This document shows positions 10,074 to 20,181 of a stretch of DNA of 64,000 nt, in pieces. The DNA is from an uncultured Planctomycetota bacterium (GTDB taxonomy: Bacteria > Planctomycetota > Planctomycetia > Isosphaerales > Isosphaeraceae). Position 1 is the first letter of the stretch. Every line of letters begins with the position of its first letter. The DNA is taken from contig CAWGMQ010000005.1 in NCBI GenBank assembly GCA_963823665.1, forward strand, positions 1,600,001 through 1,664,000, in the 5' to 3' direction. Under the pieces are notes generated by a model, which did no database searches, was not told the DNA's origin, and saw only the letters and a list, made by a program, of their open reading frames with translations. Position numbers and translations under genes: made by a program.

Positions 10074-10397
10074 ATCCCTCCGGCCAAACCATCCTATACT
10101 CGCGTGTTAGCTCGATCCCGGACCGCAAGAACGCCGTACCGGCAGACAGATCATGCTCGAGAGCAGACTACCCTCGAAACAAGAATCCCCGATCGAATGG
10201 TAGCCCCGGCTCAATCTCCGCCAGCAATCGTCGTCATTCCCACTCACTCAGTTCTGCCGACAGACGGCCATCAATCCGCGGAAGTTCATTTAATGGAGGC
10301 AGCGCTCCGCAGGAAATGAATGCGGCCAGCTCGGGCTGCCAATTCAACCCTCCAGAAGGAATGGAATTCGACTTGGGCACGGTTAAGAGCCGGGGAC

Positions 10398-10421
10398 TTG
10401 AGAAAACGCAGGTCTGATTGA
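10398..10421 (+). promoter_or_regulatory. hix/res-like site S4 (TTGAGAAAACG-CA-GGTCTGATTGA) plus conserved arm to ~10468
   Basis: Followed by CGGCCCCC...CCGATCCTGAAGTCGATTGATG, homologous to the S1/S2 arms. Confidence 0.65.
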
Positions 10422-10647
10422 CGGCCCCCGGTTCTAGGAGCGCCAACCGATCCTGAAGTCGATTGATGGGACAAACTTCTTAGGGCTCTGCACACTGGAC
10501 CTAACGTGCGGCCCTCAGCCGGTTGGCAGCCGGCGGTCGACGACGCGAACGTGAGAATCGTGCGCACTACGGACGAGACGCAGGCGACAGCATTCGGCAC
10601 ATCGCGTAGAATAGTAGATCGAAAACGCTTGCAGGAGGGGGAAGAGA

Positions 10648-11535
10648 ATGAACGTCGTGGAAAAACCCCGCAAGAAACGCGTCTTCATCGCGTCCTCGCG
10701 TGCCGATGCCGCCGAGGTCCAGAAGGCAATGCAGCACTTCGGCCTCGACGTCGTTACGCTGGAGCAGACCGCAACGCCAGGCTCCACGTGGGTTGATAGC
10801 CTCCACCGCTGCGTAAATGATGCCGATATCGTCATCGGGATCATGGCGGACCGCCGGAAAGATGCGAACGTTTTTTTCGAGCTCGGCGTCGCGAGCGCGC
10901 TCAACAAGCCCGCTCTCCTGTTCATCACGCCGGAGTATCCGTCCGACCTCATTCCACCATCGGGTATCCCGTACCTGCGAATGGATCTGCGGAACGAAGA
11001 TGCAGTGATGTTCGGCTTGAAGCAGGCGCTGTCGATTTCTTCGCAACGCGCGCATCAACCCGCGGAGGGCTTCACGACGCGGCCGATCGGGCCAGTAGCT
11101 GATAAGCTGCTAGAAATGCTCCCTCAAACAAATCCGCGCGAGTTTGAGGACTTGATTTTCAACGCCATCAATGCCAGCGGCGCTTCGACAATCGCGCGCG
11201 GAAGCGAGGCCGAAGACCGGGGCGTCGACTTTGCCGTCTGGTCGAGCGACCTGGAACCGACCGTTACGAACCCTCTGCTCATCGAATGCAAGTCCAGCCT
11301 CCGCAACCAGTCCGACGTTGACCAAGCGACCGGCCGTATGTTTCGTGCCCTGCAAGCGATTCACAACGGCTGCGGACTTGTCTTGTACAAGGAGGCCGGA
11401 ACGGTGGCGATGGTGGCACCCCGGTCAATCCCAGTCGAGTTCGTCTCCGCGGAAGACTTCATCAATGGGCTTCGAGATACCGGGCTGGCCGAGTACATTC
11501 GGAAACTCCGGAACACCGCCGTTCATGGGTTCTAA
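10648..11535 (+). CDS. TIR/nucleoside-deoxyribosyltransferase-like domain fused to an Mrr-like restriction endonuclease
   Basis: N-terminal VFIASS...ADIVIGIM...NVFFELGVASALNKP; C-terminal REFEDLI...DRGVDFAV...LLIECKS. Confidence 0.75.
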   Translation: MNVVEKPRKKRVFIASSRADAAEVQKAMQHFGLDVVTLEQTATPGSTWVDSLHRCVNDADIVIGIMADRRKDANVFFELGVASALNKPALLFITPEYPSDLIPPSGIPYLRMDLRNEDAVMFGLKQALSISSQRAHQPAEGFTTRPIGPVADKLLEMLPQTNPREFEDLIFNAINASGASTIARGSEAEDRGVDFAVWSSDLEPTVTNPLLIECKSSLRNQSDVDQATGRMFRALQAIHNGCGLVLYKEAGTVAMVAPRSIPVEFVSAEDFINGLRDTGLAEYIRKLRNTAVHGF

Positions 11536-11538
11536 CCG

Positions 11539-12078
11539 ATGGCCGCGTATGACCCGGCGGTCATTTATGGATATCTGGCTGTCGTCGACAACCCGCCAAC
11601 CAACGCTGCGAAGGGCAAGGCGTTCGAGGACTTGGTCTGTTACCTGTTCAACGGTATTCCCGGCATCACGATCACCGCGCGCAACGAGATGAACACATTC
11701 GCGACTGAGGAGATCGACATCGCGTGTAAGAACGATAACGATCCCACGGGGCTCGGAGCCTTGGCCGATTTCTTTCTTGTGGAATGCAAGGGATGGCGGG
11801 ACGCCGTCAATAGCGAACAAGTTTCCTGGTTTCTTACGAAAATTCGGCATCGCGGGGTGCGTTTCGGAATCCTGATCGCGGCGAACGGGATCACCGGCGA
11901 GTCGGAGCACCTATCCAGGGCCAACTTCTTGGTCAGTGTGGAGATGGCCACCTTCGGCATCAAAATGGTCATCGTCACGCGGGAGGAAATCGAGAAACTC
12001 ACGTCAGGCGAGGATTTCGGCAAACTGATCATTCAAAAAGTCTGTGTTCTCCACGCTTCCGGCGGCCGTTGCTACTGA
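11539..12078 (+). CDS. Mrr-like (type IV) restriction endonuclease
   Basis: KGKAFEDLVCYLF...EEIDIA...FLVECKGW...GILIAANGIT; starts 3 bp after the upstream stop. Confidence 0.8.
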   Translation: MAAYDPAVIYGYLAVVDNPPTNAAKGKAFEDLVCYLFNGIPGITITARNEMNTFATEEIDIACKNDNDPTGLGALADFFLVECKGWRDAVNSEQVSWFLTKIRHRGVRFGILIAANGITGESEHLSRANFLVSVEMATFGIKMVIVTREEIEKLTSGEDFGKLIIQKVCVLHASGGRCY

Positions 12079-12162
12079 AGGCGAGCAACGGACCAAGCGA
12101 GTTTCACGACACGCAGCGCTTTCTACGACCCCGAGAGCCGCTTGCTGTGCCCTAATCCGTCG

Positions 12163-12470
12163 TCATGTGTCGCCAGCCGCCGCGACGTACTTGTAAAGCG
12201 TTGGCGTCGAGATGCCGACCGCTTTGCAAGTCTCGTCAATTGTGTGCTTCTTCTGACGGTACAAATCGACGGCCACGGCACGCTGCTTCTCGCCAAGTTT
12301 TTTTCGCCTGCCGCCTTTCCTGCCGCGTGCTCTCGCGGCTGCCAGCCCCGCGTACGTCCGTTCGCGGATGAGGTTACGCTCAAATTCCGCGAGCGCCCCA
12401 AAGATATGAAACACCAGCTTGCCGCTCGGTGTGGTCGTATCGATGGATTTGGTGACGCTCTGGAACCCAT
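12163..12470 (-). pseudogene. Serine resolvase copy 3, C-terminal half only (helix E plus HTH)
   Basis: GFQSVTKSIDTTPSGKLVFHIFGALAEFERN...TLYKYV; the N-terminal half is absent. Confidence 0.85.
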
Positions 12471-12523
12471 CGCAGCGTATGAAAGTGGTTGTCTGGGATC
12501 AAGACGCCAAACCACCAAATCGG

Positions 12524-12547
12524 TAAACCAAACGGCCGTTTGATTTA
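12524..12547 (+). promoter_or_regulatory. hix/res-like site S5 (TAAACCAAACG-GC-CGTTTGATTTA)
   Basis: Near-perfect palindrome preceded by TCAAGACGC, as at S1-S3. Confidence 0.7.
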
Positions 12548-12725
12548 CGACCGCCACGGTCCACTATGAGACGTGCGATCGAACCAGTTGTCTTCTTCGT
12601 GCGCAGTTACGTCGTCATCGTCGCCGGTCGCCTGATCGGTGTGAAGCACCGTCAGGGTTCTGCCGTACGCTCCCAGGCCAACGACGTCTTCGTTCATTTC
12701 GATGTCTGGAGCGCCGTCAAACCAC
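12545..12725 (-). pseudogene. C-terminal fragment resembling ImmA/IrrE-family metallopeptidases
   Basis: WFDG...EDVVGLGAYGRTLTVL followed by an acidic tail; no N-terminal part is visible. Confidence 0.35.
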
Positions 12726-12920
12726 AAAGCTAGTACTCCCAGGGCGATGCCCTGGGCTTTGTTGTTTTGGCCTTTCAGGCCGGGAAGTGGGTCGGACAAG
12801 AACAACGACAACGGGGCGGCGGTCGATCCGGCCCATTCACCTCGGTTCACTCGCGGCTTGCTCGCAAAGCGATCGGACTGGTATGAGCGAGCCGTCCGTG
12901 ATCTCGTTAACCGCGTAGTC

Positions 12921-13866
12921 GTTTTGATTCGACCGCGTGTTCACAATTAACAAAGAAATCGCGCAAAGCCGCGGCTCCTGACGTTGCAACCGCGTTGATC
13001 GAGTGATTGCACTTTTTTTGGACGCTTTTATTGCCGATCGCTGAAACCGGTCGCATATTATCCATAGGGCAGAGTCTGCGAACGCGCGATGCTGGCGCGA
13101 TGGGCGGCTCCGCTTTGCCTCCCTTTCCTACCTCCTCGTCGATCTCCATCTCATCCTGAAGAACAGCGCTGAAATTCACGCAGGAAGTGCCAAAAAGTGC
13201 CCTTGATAACGAGCCTGAGACCAAAACCGAAACCCAGGCAGGCCTGGCCGTTGCGCACGGCGACTCCGACGCCTTGGCGGCTTTGCCGCGTCGGCGGTCG
13301 AGCGCAGAGTTTGCTGCCCCGGACTCTGAACTGGGGGGAAGGCGAGGAGCTTCCGATTTTGCTATCATTAGTTATCATTTTGCTCCACGGGAGAGAAGCT
13401 CTTGGATCGACCGAAGCCGCTTTCGCATTTGCACTTGCGGAGGGCGGTGGACCCGGACTTGGGGGGTGGAGCGCTTCGCGAGCTGCGCCGTGGCGATTCG
13501 GGGCCGGAATCAGGACGGAGGACGGAGGGCGGAGGGCGGAGGAAGAAGCGCGGAGCGAAGGGAGCCGGAAGACGGAGAGCGGGGATCGGAAGAGACCTTC
13601 ATCGTGGTATCACTTTGGTATCATTTCGCACCAGGGGCGAGAGGCTGGTGGATCGACCGAAGACATGTTTGCATTAGCGTTTGCGGAGGGCGGCCGAACC
13701 GGATTCGGGGTCTGTGCCAGGTCGCGGGCCGCACCGTGGCGATTTGGGGCAAGGCCAGGCGGGCGTTTCGGCTTCGAATTCGGCCGATGGCTCGCCACCT
13801 CGACCGAGCGAGTTCATTCCCGTAGTCCTTGTGGCATAAGGGTGCGCGACGAATGTACAAAACGAA
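12921..13866 (+). repeat. Long non-coding dispersed repeat R1 (with internal ~135-bp duplication); inverted copy at 38076-38794
   Basis: Shared blocks such as GTTTTGATTCGACCGCGTGTTCACAATTAAC and CTCCATCTCATCCTGAAGAACAGCGCTG. Confidence 0.85.
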
Positions 13867-14044
13867 GTGGTCGGTCGGGGTGGACGGTTGAACATTTCGT
13901 TCTGTTGGGATGCTTGACGACGCGTTCCATCATCGAAGTCCATTCCTGCTGAAGAGAGACCATGACTCCAGCCGCATTGAGCGATCTTCAAGATGCCACG
14001 GATGACGACCACTGGCCGTTGCTGAAGAGCGGTCAATTTAGGCC

Positions 14045-14150
14045 TGGTTCAATTGCGGGTAACACTGCCGGCGAGCTGGCGTTGAGCGGGAACGCGATTA
14101 AGCGGAATCCTCGCTGGCGCTTCGGGTTAGTATCGTCGCCAGGACGGGTG
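14045..14150 (+). repeat. Direct repeat R3 with 15283-15390, containing a REP-like CCTCGCTGGCGCTTCGGGTT
   Basis: GGTTCAATTGCGGGTAACAC...CGGAATCCTCGCT.GCGCTTCGGGTTAGT..GTCGCCAGG occurs in both copies. Confidence 0.75.
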
Positions 14151-14399
14151 CGCAAGCTGTTACCCGGTTCGGGGACGGGAGGTTCGACAGGCCCGGAAGC
14201 ACGACCCCTGACAGAACGCGAGGCGACCGGACGCTTGGATGAAGATCAGGCGGCGGGAGTGGATTCGCGACGTGCGGAGAACGAGGGCCGGCGCGGGAGC
14301 AGAGGGCGAGGTTGCACGCCGGGGTCACGAACGTGGCACGAGTTCGCCGACATCGGGGGGAGCGGTGCCCCCGCACGATGTGTGTGAGCCGTGAGCCGC

Positions 14400-14945
14400 A
14401 TTGCGCTCAAACCGGGGGTTCGATCGAGTTCGTCGTTGCATCCGTTGCAAGCCGGATAAGAATCCGAGGTTTTCTGGTCGAAGAAATAGCCGAATCGCGA
14501 AAGTCGATCCATATTCTATGTACCTCAATCTCGATCACCGACATCGAAGTCGGGGCGACGGGCCAACCACTTCTCTGGAACCGGAAATGACTGCTTCGTT
14601 TGCTCGAGCGCATTCTCGAGGAGCTGGACTCGGTCTGACCACGGCTGCGCGGCGGGAAGAGCGGGGTGGGACTGCGCTTGAAAATGGGGGATCGGTGCGC
14701 GACGAAATCCCTCCGAATACTGAGCTGTGCCGAGCGCGGACAGGTTCGGACCACGGCCAGGATGGGTTTTCATCCTTTGGGCCGAGGGATTATGGAGGGC
14801 ATCTGGTGGCGTTATCCTCGTTGGCTCTCAGCATTTCCGTGCTCCGTGAGAGTGTTTCTGCCAGGCTTCGTATGGGGCTCTCGACCGCAATCAAGATGGG
14901 ATTGTTTTCGGGCTGGCAGTTCCATCCAGTTCCATCTAGTTCCAC
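14400..14945 (+). repeat. Non-coding dispersed repeat R2; inverted partial copies at ~41270-41640 and ~42510-42690
   Basis: CTCTGGAACCGG.AATGACTGCTTC..TTGCTCGAGCG and CATATTCTATGTA.CTC.ATCTCG are shared. Confidence 0.8.
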
Positions 14946-16861
14946 TTACTAATACTTATTTGAAACATGCGACGCGTGGCCAGGCTGTCGTGTGACACGG
15001 CGGGGGGATGTCGAACCAGGAATCTTACGAATCACACTAATTAGGGACGAGAAAAGGGGGTCGGTCATTCAGACAGAAGGCGAACGTCGGCCGGCGGGGC
15101 GATGTGCGGGGCGAGTGATCAGCGAGGGGAGGTTCAGCCAGTGCCAGACTTAAGTCGACCGGCGGGCGACTGTTCGCTTTCCCTTAACCCTTGTGGCGTA
15201 AGGACGCGCGACGAATCTACAAAACGAACTTAGCCCTTGTTCAGCGGCGTTGCGGTGTCGTCAAACGGGGCGAAAAAGGGCGTGGTTCAATTGCGGGTAA
15301 CACCGTCCGCAAGCTAGCACGATGCGGGAGCGAGACTAAACGGAATCCTCGCTTGCGCTTCGGGTTAGTGTGGTCGCCAGGGCGGGTGTGCGATGTGTCA
15401 CCCGAACTGCCGCGCGTTTGAACCAGGGGCGAAGAAGTGGGGCTGGACTGGGCTGGAACGGCTTCATCGAGTTGGCGTGCCTGTGCGCTGGCGGCTGTTC
15501 TGAGAGACGAAGAAGGAGTGTTTTCTGTGCGTGAGACGGTTACCTACGAAATTGATCGGGCGATTCGGCGTAATGCCTTGATATGGGAGGAGAACGGCGA
15601 TTGAGAGTGAGACGGAATCTCCTGATTTTGTCTCATTTCGTCTCATTTTGTCTCATCAGACCTTGAGGTCGCGGTGGGTTTCACCCGCCTACGGTGGCAT
15701 TGATGCCGGTATGCGGGGACGATCGCGCATTAGGGAGAGTGGGGCGCGAGCCTTCAATTCGGGCGGCCCACAGTCGTCCAGATCGCAACAGGCGACGAGA
15801 ATACCGCGGGGCTCCGCAGCTAGCTGCCTGCCGGCGCCGCCCCCAACCGCCCTCGGGGCGGCACGTAACATGGTTGGGGGGAGTTTTCAAAGCGTATTGA
15901 ACGGGCACGTCTGTATGAAAATGTTCGAAAGTTAATCATTTATATTGATTGAACTTGCGTCTTTTTCACAGAGATCGAGAGTGCGATTGAGAAATGGGCA
16001 ATTCCGAAAACCGGCGCATATATAGATAGGGAGAAAGTGCGTGGGTCGCCATAGTTGCCACAGTCGTGGCGTGCGTGACTATCAGCCGCAGCTTCGCGGT
16101 CGCGGGAACGCCGTTTTCATTCGCGCGGCGGGAAATCGTCGGGCTGAAGTTTAACCTGCTACGGTTGCGTAAATCGTCAGGCTGAAGCCTGACCTACACT
16201 GGCAGGCTCGTTCCCTTAATGCTTACGGGTAAAGGGGTATCGTCAAATCTACAAAACGAACTGGGGCCTGGTTCGAAGGAAGCAAGGGCAGGGCCACACT
16301 CGCGACGGATCGCAGCACGGGGCGGGTGCAGCCCACCGGCCATAACGCTATATGGGATGGTGGGTTGCACCCACCCTACGGAGAGCCCCGGCGGGCGGTT
16401 GCACTCGCGGACGCCCGGTTTATGCCGGCGATCGGATCACCGCGCAGAACGCGAGACGGAGCGCTATCGCGCTCGGGAGTTTTGGGGGAGGATTGGGTGC
16501 CTACTCCGCAGCGCTGCGCCGGAACACTGCTGGTCTGCGTGGTCTTCCCCCTGCGCGGGCCCCCTCCGCCGCCGGTGGCGGCATCTTCCCCACGACGGGG
16601 GGAGGAATGCGCGCCGCGACATTCCCTGCGCGCCGCCCCCCCACCGCCGCCGCTGGCGGCACCTCTTCCACAAGGGGGAGGAATGCGCCTGGAATGCCCC
16701 TTGCGAAGCCGGGCAGATTGTGATCGACTAAGCAGGAGAGCGACGCTCACCCCACGATCCCCTTAACTTGTTGTGAACGCTTGCTCGGCGAGAGCCTTTG
16801 GCTTGAGCCAATTGGGCTGCTCAGCCGGAGCGCGGGGCGTTGCCGCCTTTGCGAGGACATC

Positions 16862-18816
16862 ATGACTGCCACCCTCTCCGCGGTTCAAGAAGCTCCGGCG
16901 CGTGCCGCGGCGCGAGCACCACTCCCATCATCAACGATCTGGCGATCCGGGTCGGCACGGTGAATGGCTCGGGAAGCCAGTCGGCTAACCTGGTCATTCT
17001 GCGTGCGCTTTACGCGATGGGAATTCCATGCAGCGGCAAGAACGTGTTTCCCTCGAACATCGAGGGGTTGCCAACATGGTTCCACATCCGCGCCAGCGGC
17101 AAGGGATACGTCGGGCATATCCTCGACCCGCAGGTGCTCGTTTGCATGAACGAGGTCACGGCCAAGGACGACACGATGGCCCTCAAGCCCGGGGCCATCT
17201 GCATCTATCGCGATGATTTCGACGTGGATCTTCAATCGCTGCGAGATGACGTGCAGTTGTTCGCTGTGCCCTTTCAGAAACTGGTCGAAAAAGCCTACCC
17301 GCAAGACAAGGCCGACAAGGGGTACCGCGACAAGCTTCGCAAAGTCATCAACATGGTGTACGTCGGGGTTGTCGCGTCCGCGTGCAAGATCGAATTCGAA
17401 GCGGTCGAACAAGGCATCCGGCGCGAGTTCCCCGGGCGGAAAGCCAAGGCCGGCGAGATCAATATCAACGCGGCGCGAACGGGGTTTGAATGGGCCACCG
17501 CCAATCTTCCCGCGGACCTGCCGTTTCAGGTGCAGCGGATGGCGTCGTCCAACGACAAGATCTTGATCGAAGGGAACAAGGCTGCAGCGCTCGGAGCACT
17601 TTTCGGTGGCGCGAGCGTGCTGACCTGGTACCCGATCACGCCTTCGAGCAGCCTGGCGGAATATGCCGAGGAGTTTCTGAAGAAACACCGGGTGAACCCG
17701 GACGGGACGAAGACGTTTGCGGTCGTGCAAGCCGAGGACGAGCTGGCGGCGGTCGGCATGGCGATCGGCGCGGGCTGGGCGGGTGCGCGAGCCATGACAG
17801 CGACGGCCGGTCCGGGAATTGCACTCATGTCGGAGTTCGTCGGCCTGGCGTATTTCGCCGAGATTCCGGTGGTGATCATTGACGTGCAGCGGATGGGGCC
17901 GAGCACGGGACTGCCGACCCGAACCAGTCAGGGAGACATCCTGAAGCTTCACCTCCTGGGACACGGCGACACGCGGCACATTGTGCTCATTCCGGGCTCG
18001 GTCGATGAGTGCTACACGTTGACGATGGAGGCGCTTGACCTGGCGCAACAGTTCCAGACGCCGGTCTTCGTCGCCACTGATCTGGACCTGGGCATGAACC
18101 TGTGGCTGAGCGAGCCGTTCCAGTTCCCCACCAAGCCGCTGGTGCGGGGCAAGCTCCTGAACGCGGCCGATCTGGAGCGCCTGGGGCAGTTCGAGCGGTA
18201 CAAGGATGTGGACGGCGACGGAGTGTGCTATCGCACGATTCCCGGTACGCAGAACGCACTGGCCGCGTACTTCACACGCGGCACCGGCCATAACGACAAG
18301 TCGGGCTACAGCGAGCGGCCCGAGGACTGGAAGAAAAACCTCGATCGGATAGCGCGGAAGCATGAAACGGCCCGGCAGGCCTTGCCGAAGCCTGTCATCG
18401 AGGGAGATTCGAACACCAAGGTTGGCATCATCGCCTATGGCGGAACGCACTTTGCGGTGGTGGAAGCTCGCGATCAGCTCGCCGAGGAAGGGATCTCGAC
18501 GAGCTACTGCCGCATCCGGGCCTTGCCGGTCTCGGACGACGTGAAGCATTTCATCGAGCGCCACCTGAGGGTTTACGTGATCGAACAGAATCGAGATGCC
18601 CAGGTGACGTCGTTGTTGAAATCGAATCTGAGCGGGGCGCTGGCGGACAGGCTGATTCCGATCACGCACTACAACGGCACACCGATCGCCGCACAAAACG
18701 TTGTCCGGCCTATTCTGAGCTGGGAGAAGAGTCCGTCGGGGCCGGGGTGGCCGACGGGCGACGTCGAGGTGGATAACCCGCCGGTGCCCCACGAGGAGGC
18801 CGCGTCGGCCGAGTAG
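16862..18816 (+). CDS. 2-oxoacid:acceptor (ferredoxin) oxidoreductase alpha subunit; apparent frameshift near 16915
   Basis: GTVNGSGSQ, NIEGLPT, YPITPSS, QAEDELAA, TATAGPG, QRMGPSTGLPT; RBS GAGGA before ATG 16862. Confidence 0.92.
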
Positions 18817-18910
18817 CCGGGCCGGCCGCGGAGGAACCGCGTCGCATTAAACATAAACACACGATTACTGACTTACAACGTTTCAGAACGTCGAACCGAG
18901 GCGATCCAAC

Positions 18911-19964
18911 ATGGCGAGCGAAGCTGTCATTCAGGTTCAGAGCAACGGTCTCTCATTCACGCTGCCGACGGTGGCCTTTCAGGGGCTGCCCTCGACGCTT
19001 TGCAAGGGCTGCGGGCACAACAGCATCACGAGCTACCTGATCGAGGCGTGCAAGTCGATCGGCGTCAATCCGTACAACACGATCAAGCTCTCGGGCATCG
19101 GGTGCTCGAGCAAGACTCCGGCCTATTTCCTGGGGGCGAGCCACGGCTTCAACGCCCTGCACGGGCGGATGCCGTCGGTGGTCGACGGGGGCACTCCTGG
19201 CGAATGCCAAACTGCTGTGCATCGGGATCAGCGGCGACGGCGACACCGCGAATATCGGCATGGGGCAGTTCAAGCACATTTGCCGCCGGAACGTGCCGAT
19301 CGTGTACATCGTGGAGAACAACGGCTGCTACGGGCTGACGAAGGGGCAATTCTCGGCGACTGCGGACTTGAACCAGCACTTGCGGAGGCCGCAGGGGGAA
19401 GCCAACGACGTGGCGCCGTTTGATCTGTGCACGGAGGCGATCATCGGCGGTGCCACGTTTGTGGCGCGGTCGTTTGCCGGCGACAAGAAGCAGATGGTGC
19501 CGCTGATCAAGGCGGCGCTCAAGCACAAGGGAACGTCGGTGCTGGACATCATCAGCCCGTGCGTGACGTTCAACGATTTCGACGGCTCGACCAAGAGCTG
19601 GGATTGGGCCAAGGAGCACGAAGAGCCGCTGCACGACGTGAGCTTCGTTCCGCGGCTGCCGGAGATCGAGGTCGAGCAGAAAGCGGGTGAAGCGACGCGA
19701 GTGAAGCTTCATGACGGCTCGTGGATCACGCTCAAGGCTCTTAACCATCTGGACCACGATGTTACGAGCAAGGTGTCGGCGTTCAAGCTGCTGGAGGAGA
19801 GCACGCAAAAGGGCGAGTTCCTCACGGGGTTGATTTACGTTGATGCCAAGCGGCGGGATTTCTTGACGAATCAGACAATGGTCGACATGCCGCTGGCGCT
19901 TTTGCCGGATGAGGCGCTGCGGCCGACGGAAGCGGTGCTCAAGAAGATCATGGAGACGATTTGA
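18911..19964 (+). CDS. 2-oxoacid:acceptor oxidoreductase beta subunit; frameshift near 19185
   Basis: LCKGCGH, SGIGCSSK, HGR, GDGD, ENNGCYGLTKGQ, ISPCVTFN. Confidence 0.92.
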
Positions 19965-20181
19965 GCGCGTATCTTGGCACGGCTGGCGGCCGGTCTTCAC
20001 CCCCCCTGCCCGCCCTTGTCAAGGGGGGAAAGGGTGCGAGGGCGTTTGCAAGGGGGAAATCGCTTGCGCGCCGGGGACTTCCGCGCGCGTTTGGTCCGTT
20101 CGCGTGCACCCCCCCTGGGCCCCCCTTCTTAAGGGGGGGAAAGGGTGCGCGGGCAGACCGATCGCGTGTATCCTGGCGTGC

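Noticed and set aside
12907..16766. Many overlapping ORFs in 12.9-16.8 kb
   Set aside because: Arg/Gly/Pro-biased with no motifs; frames are not conserved between repeat copies.
16885..18792. 635-aa minus-strand ORF
   Set aside because: Antisense shadow of the oxidoreductase alpha subunit, typical of high-GC DNA.
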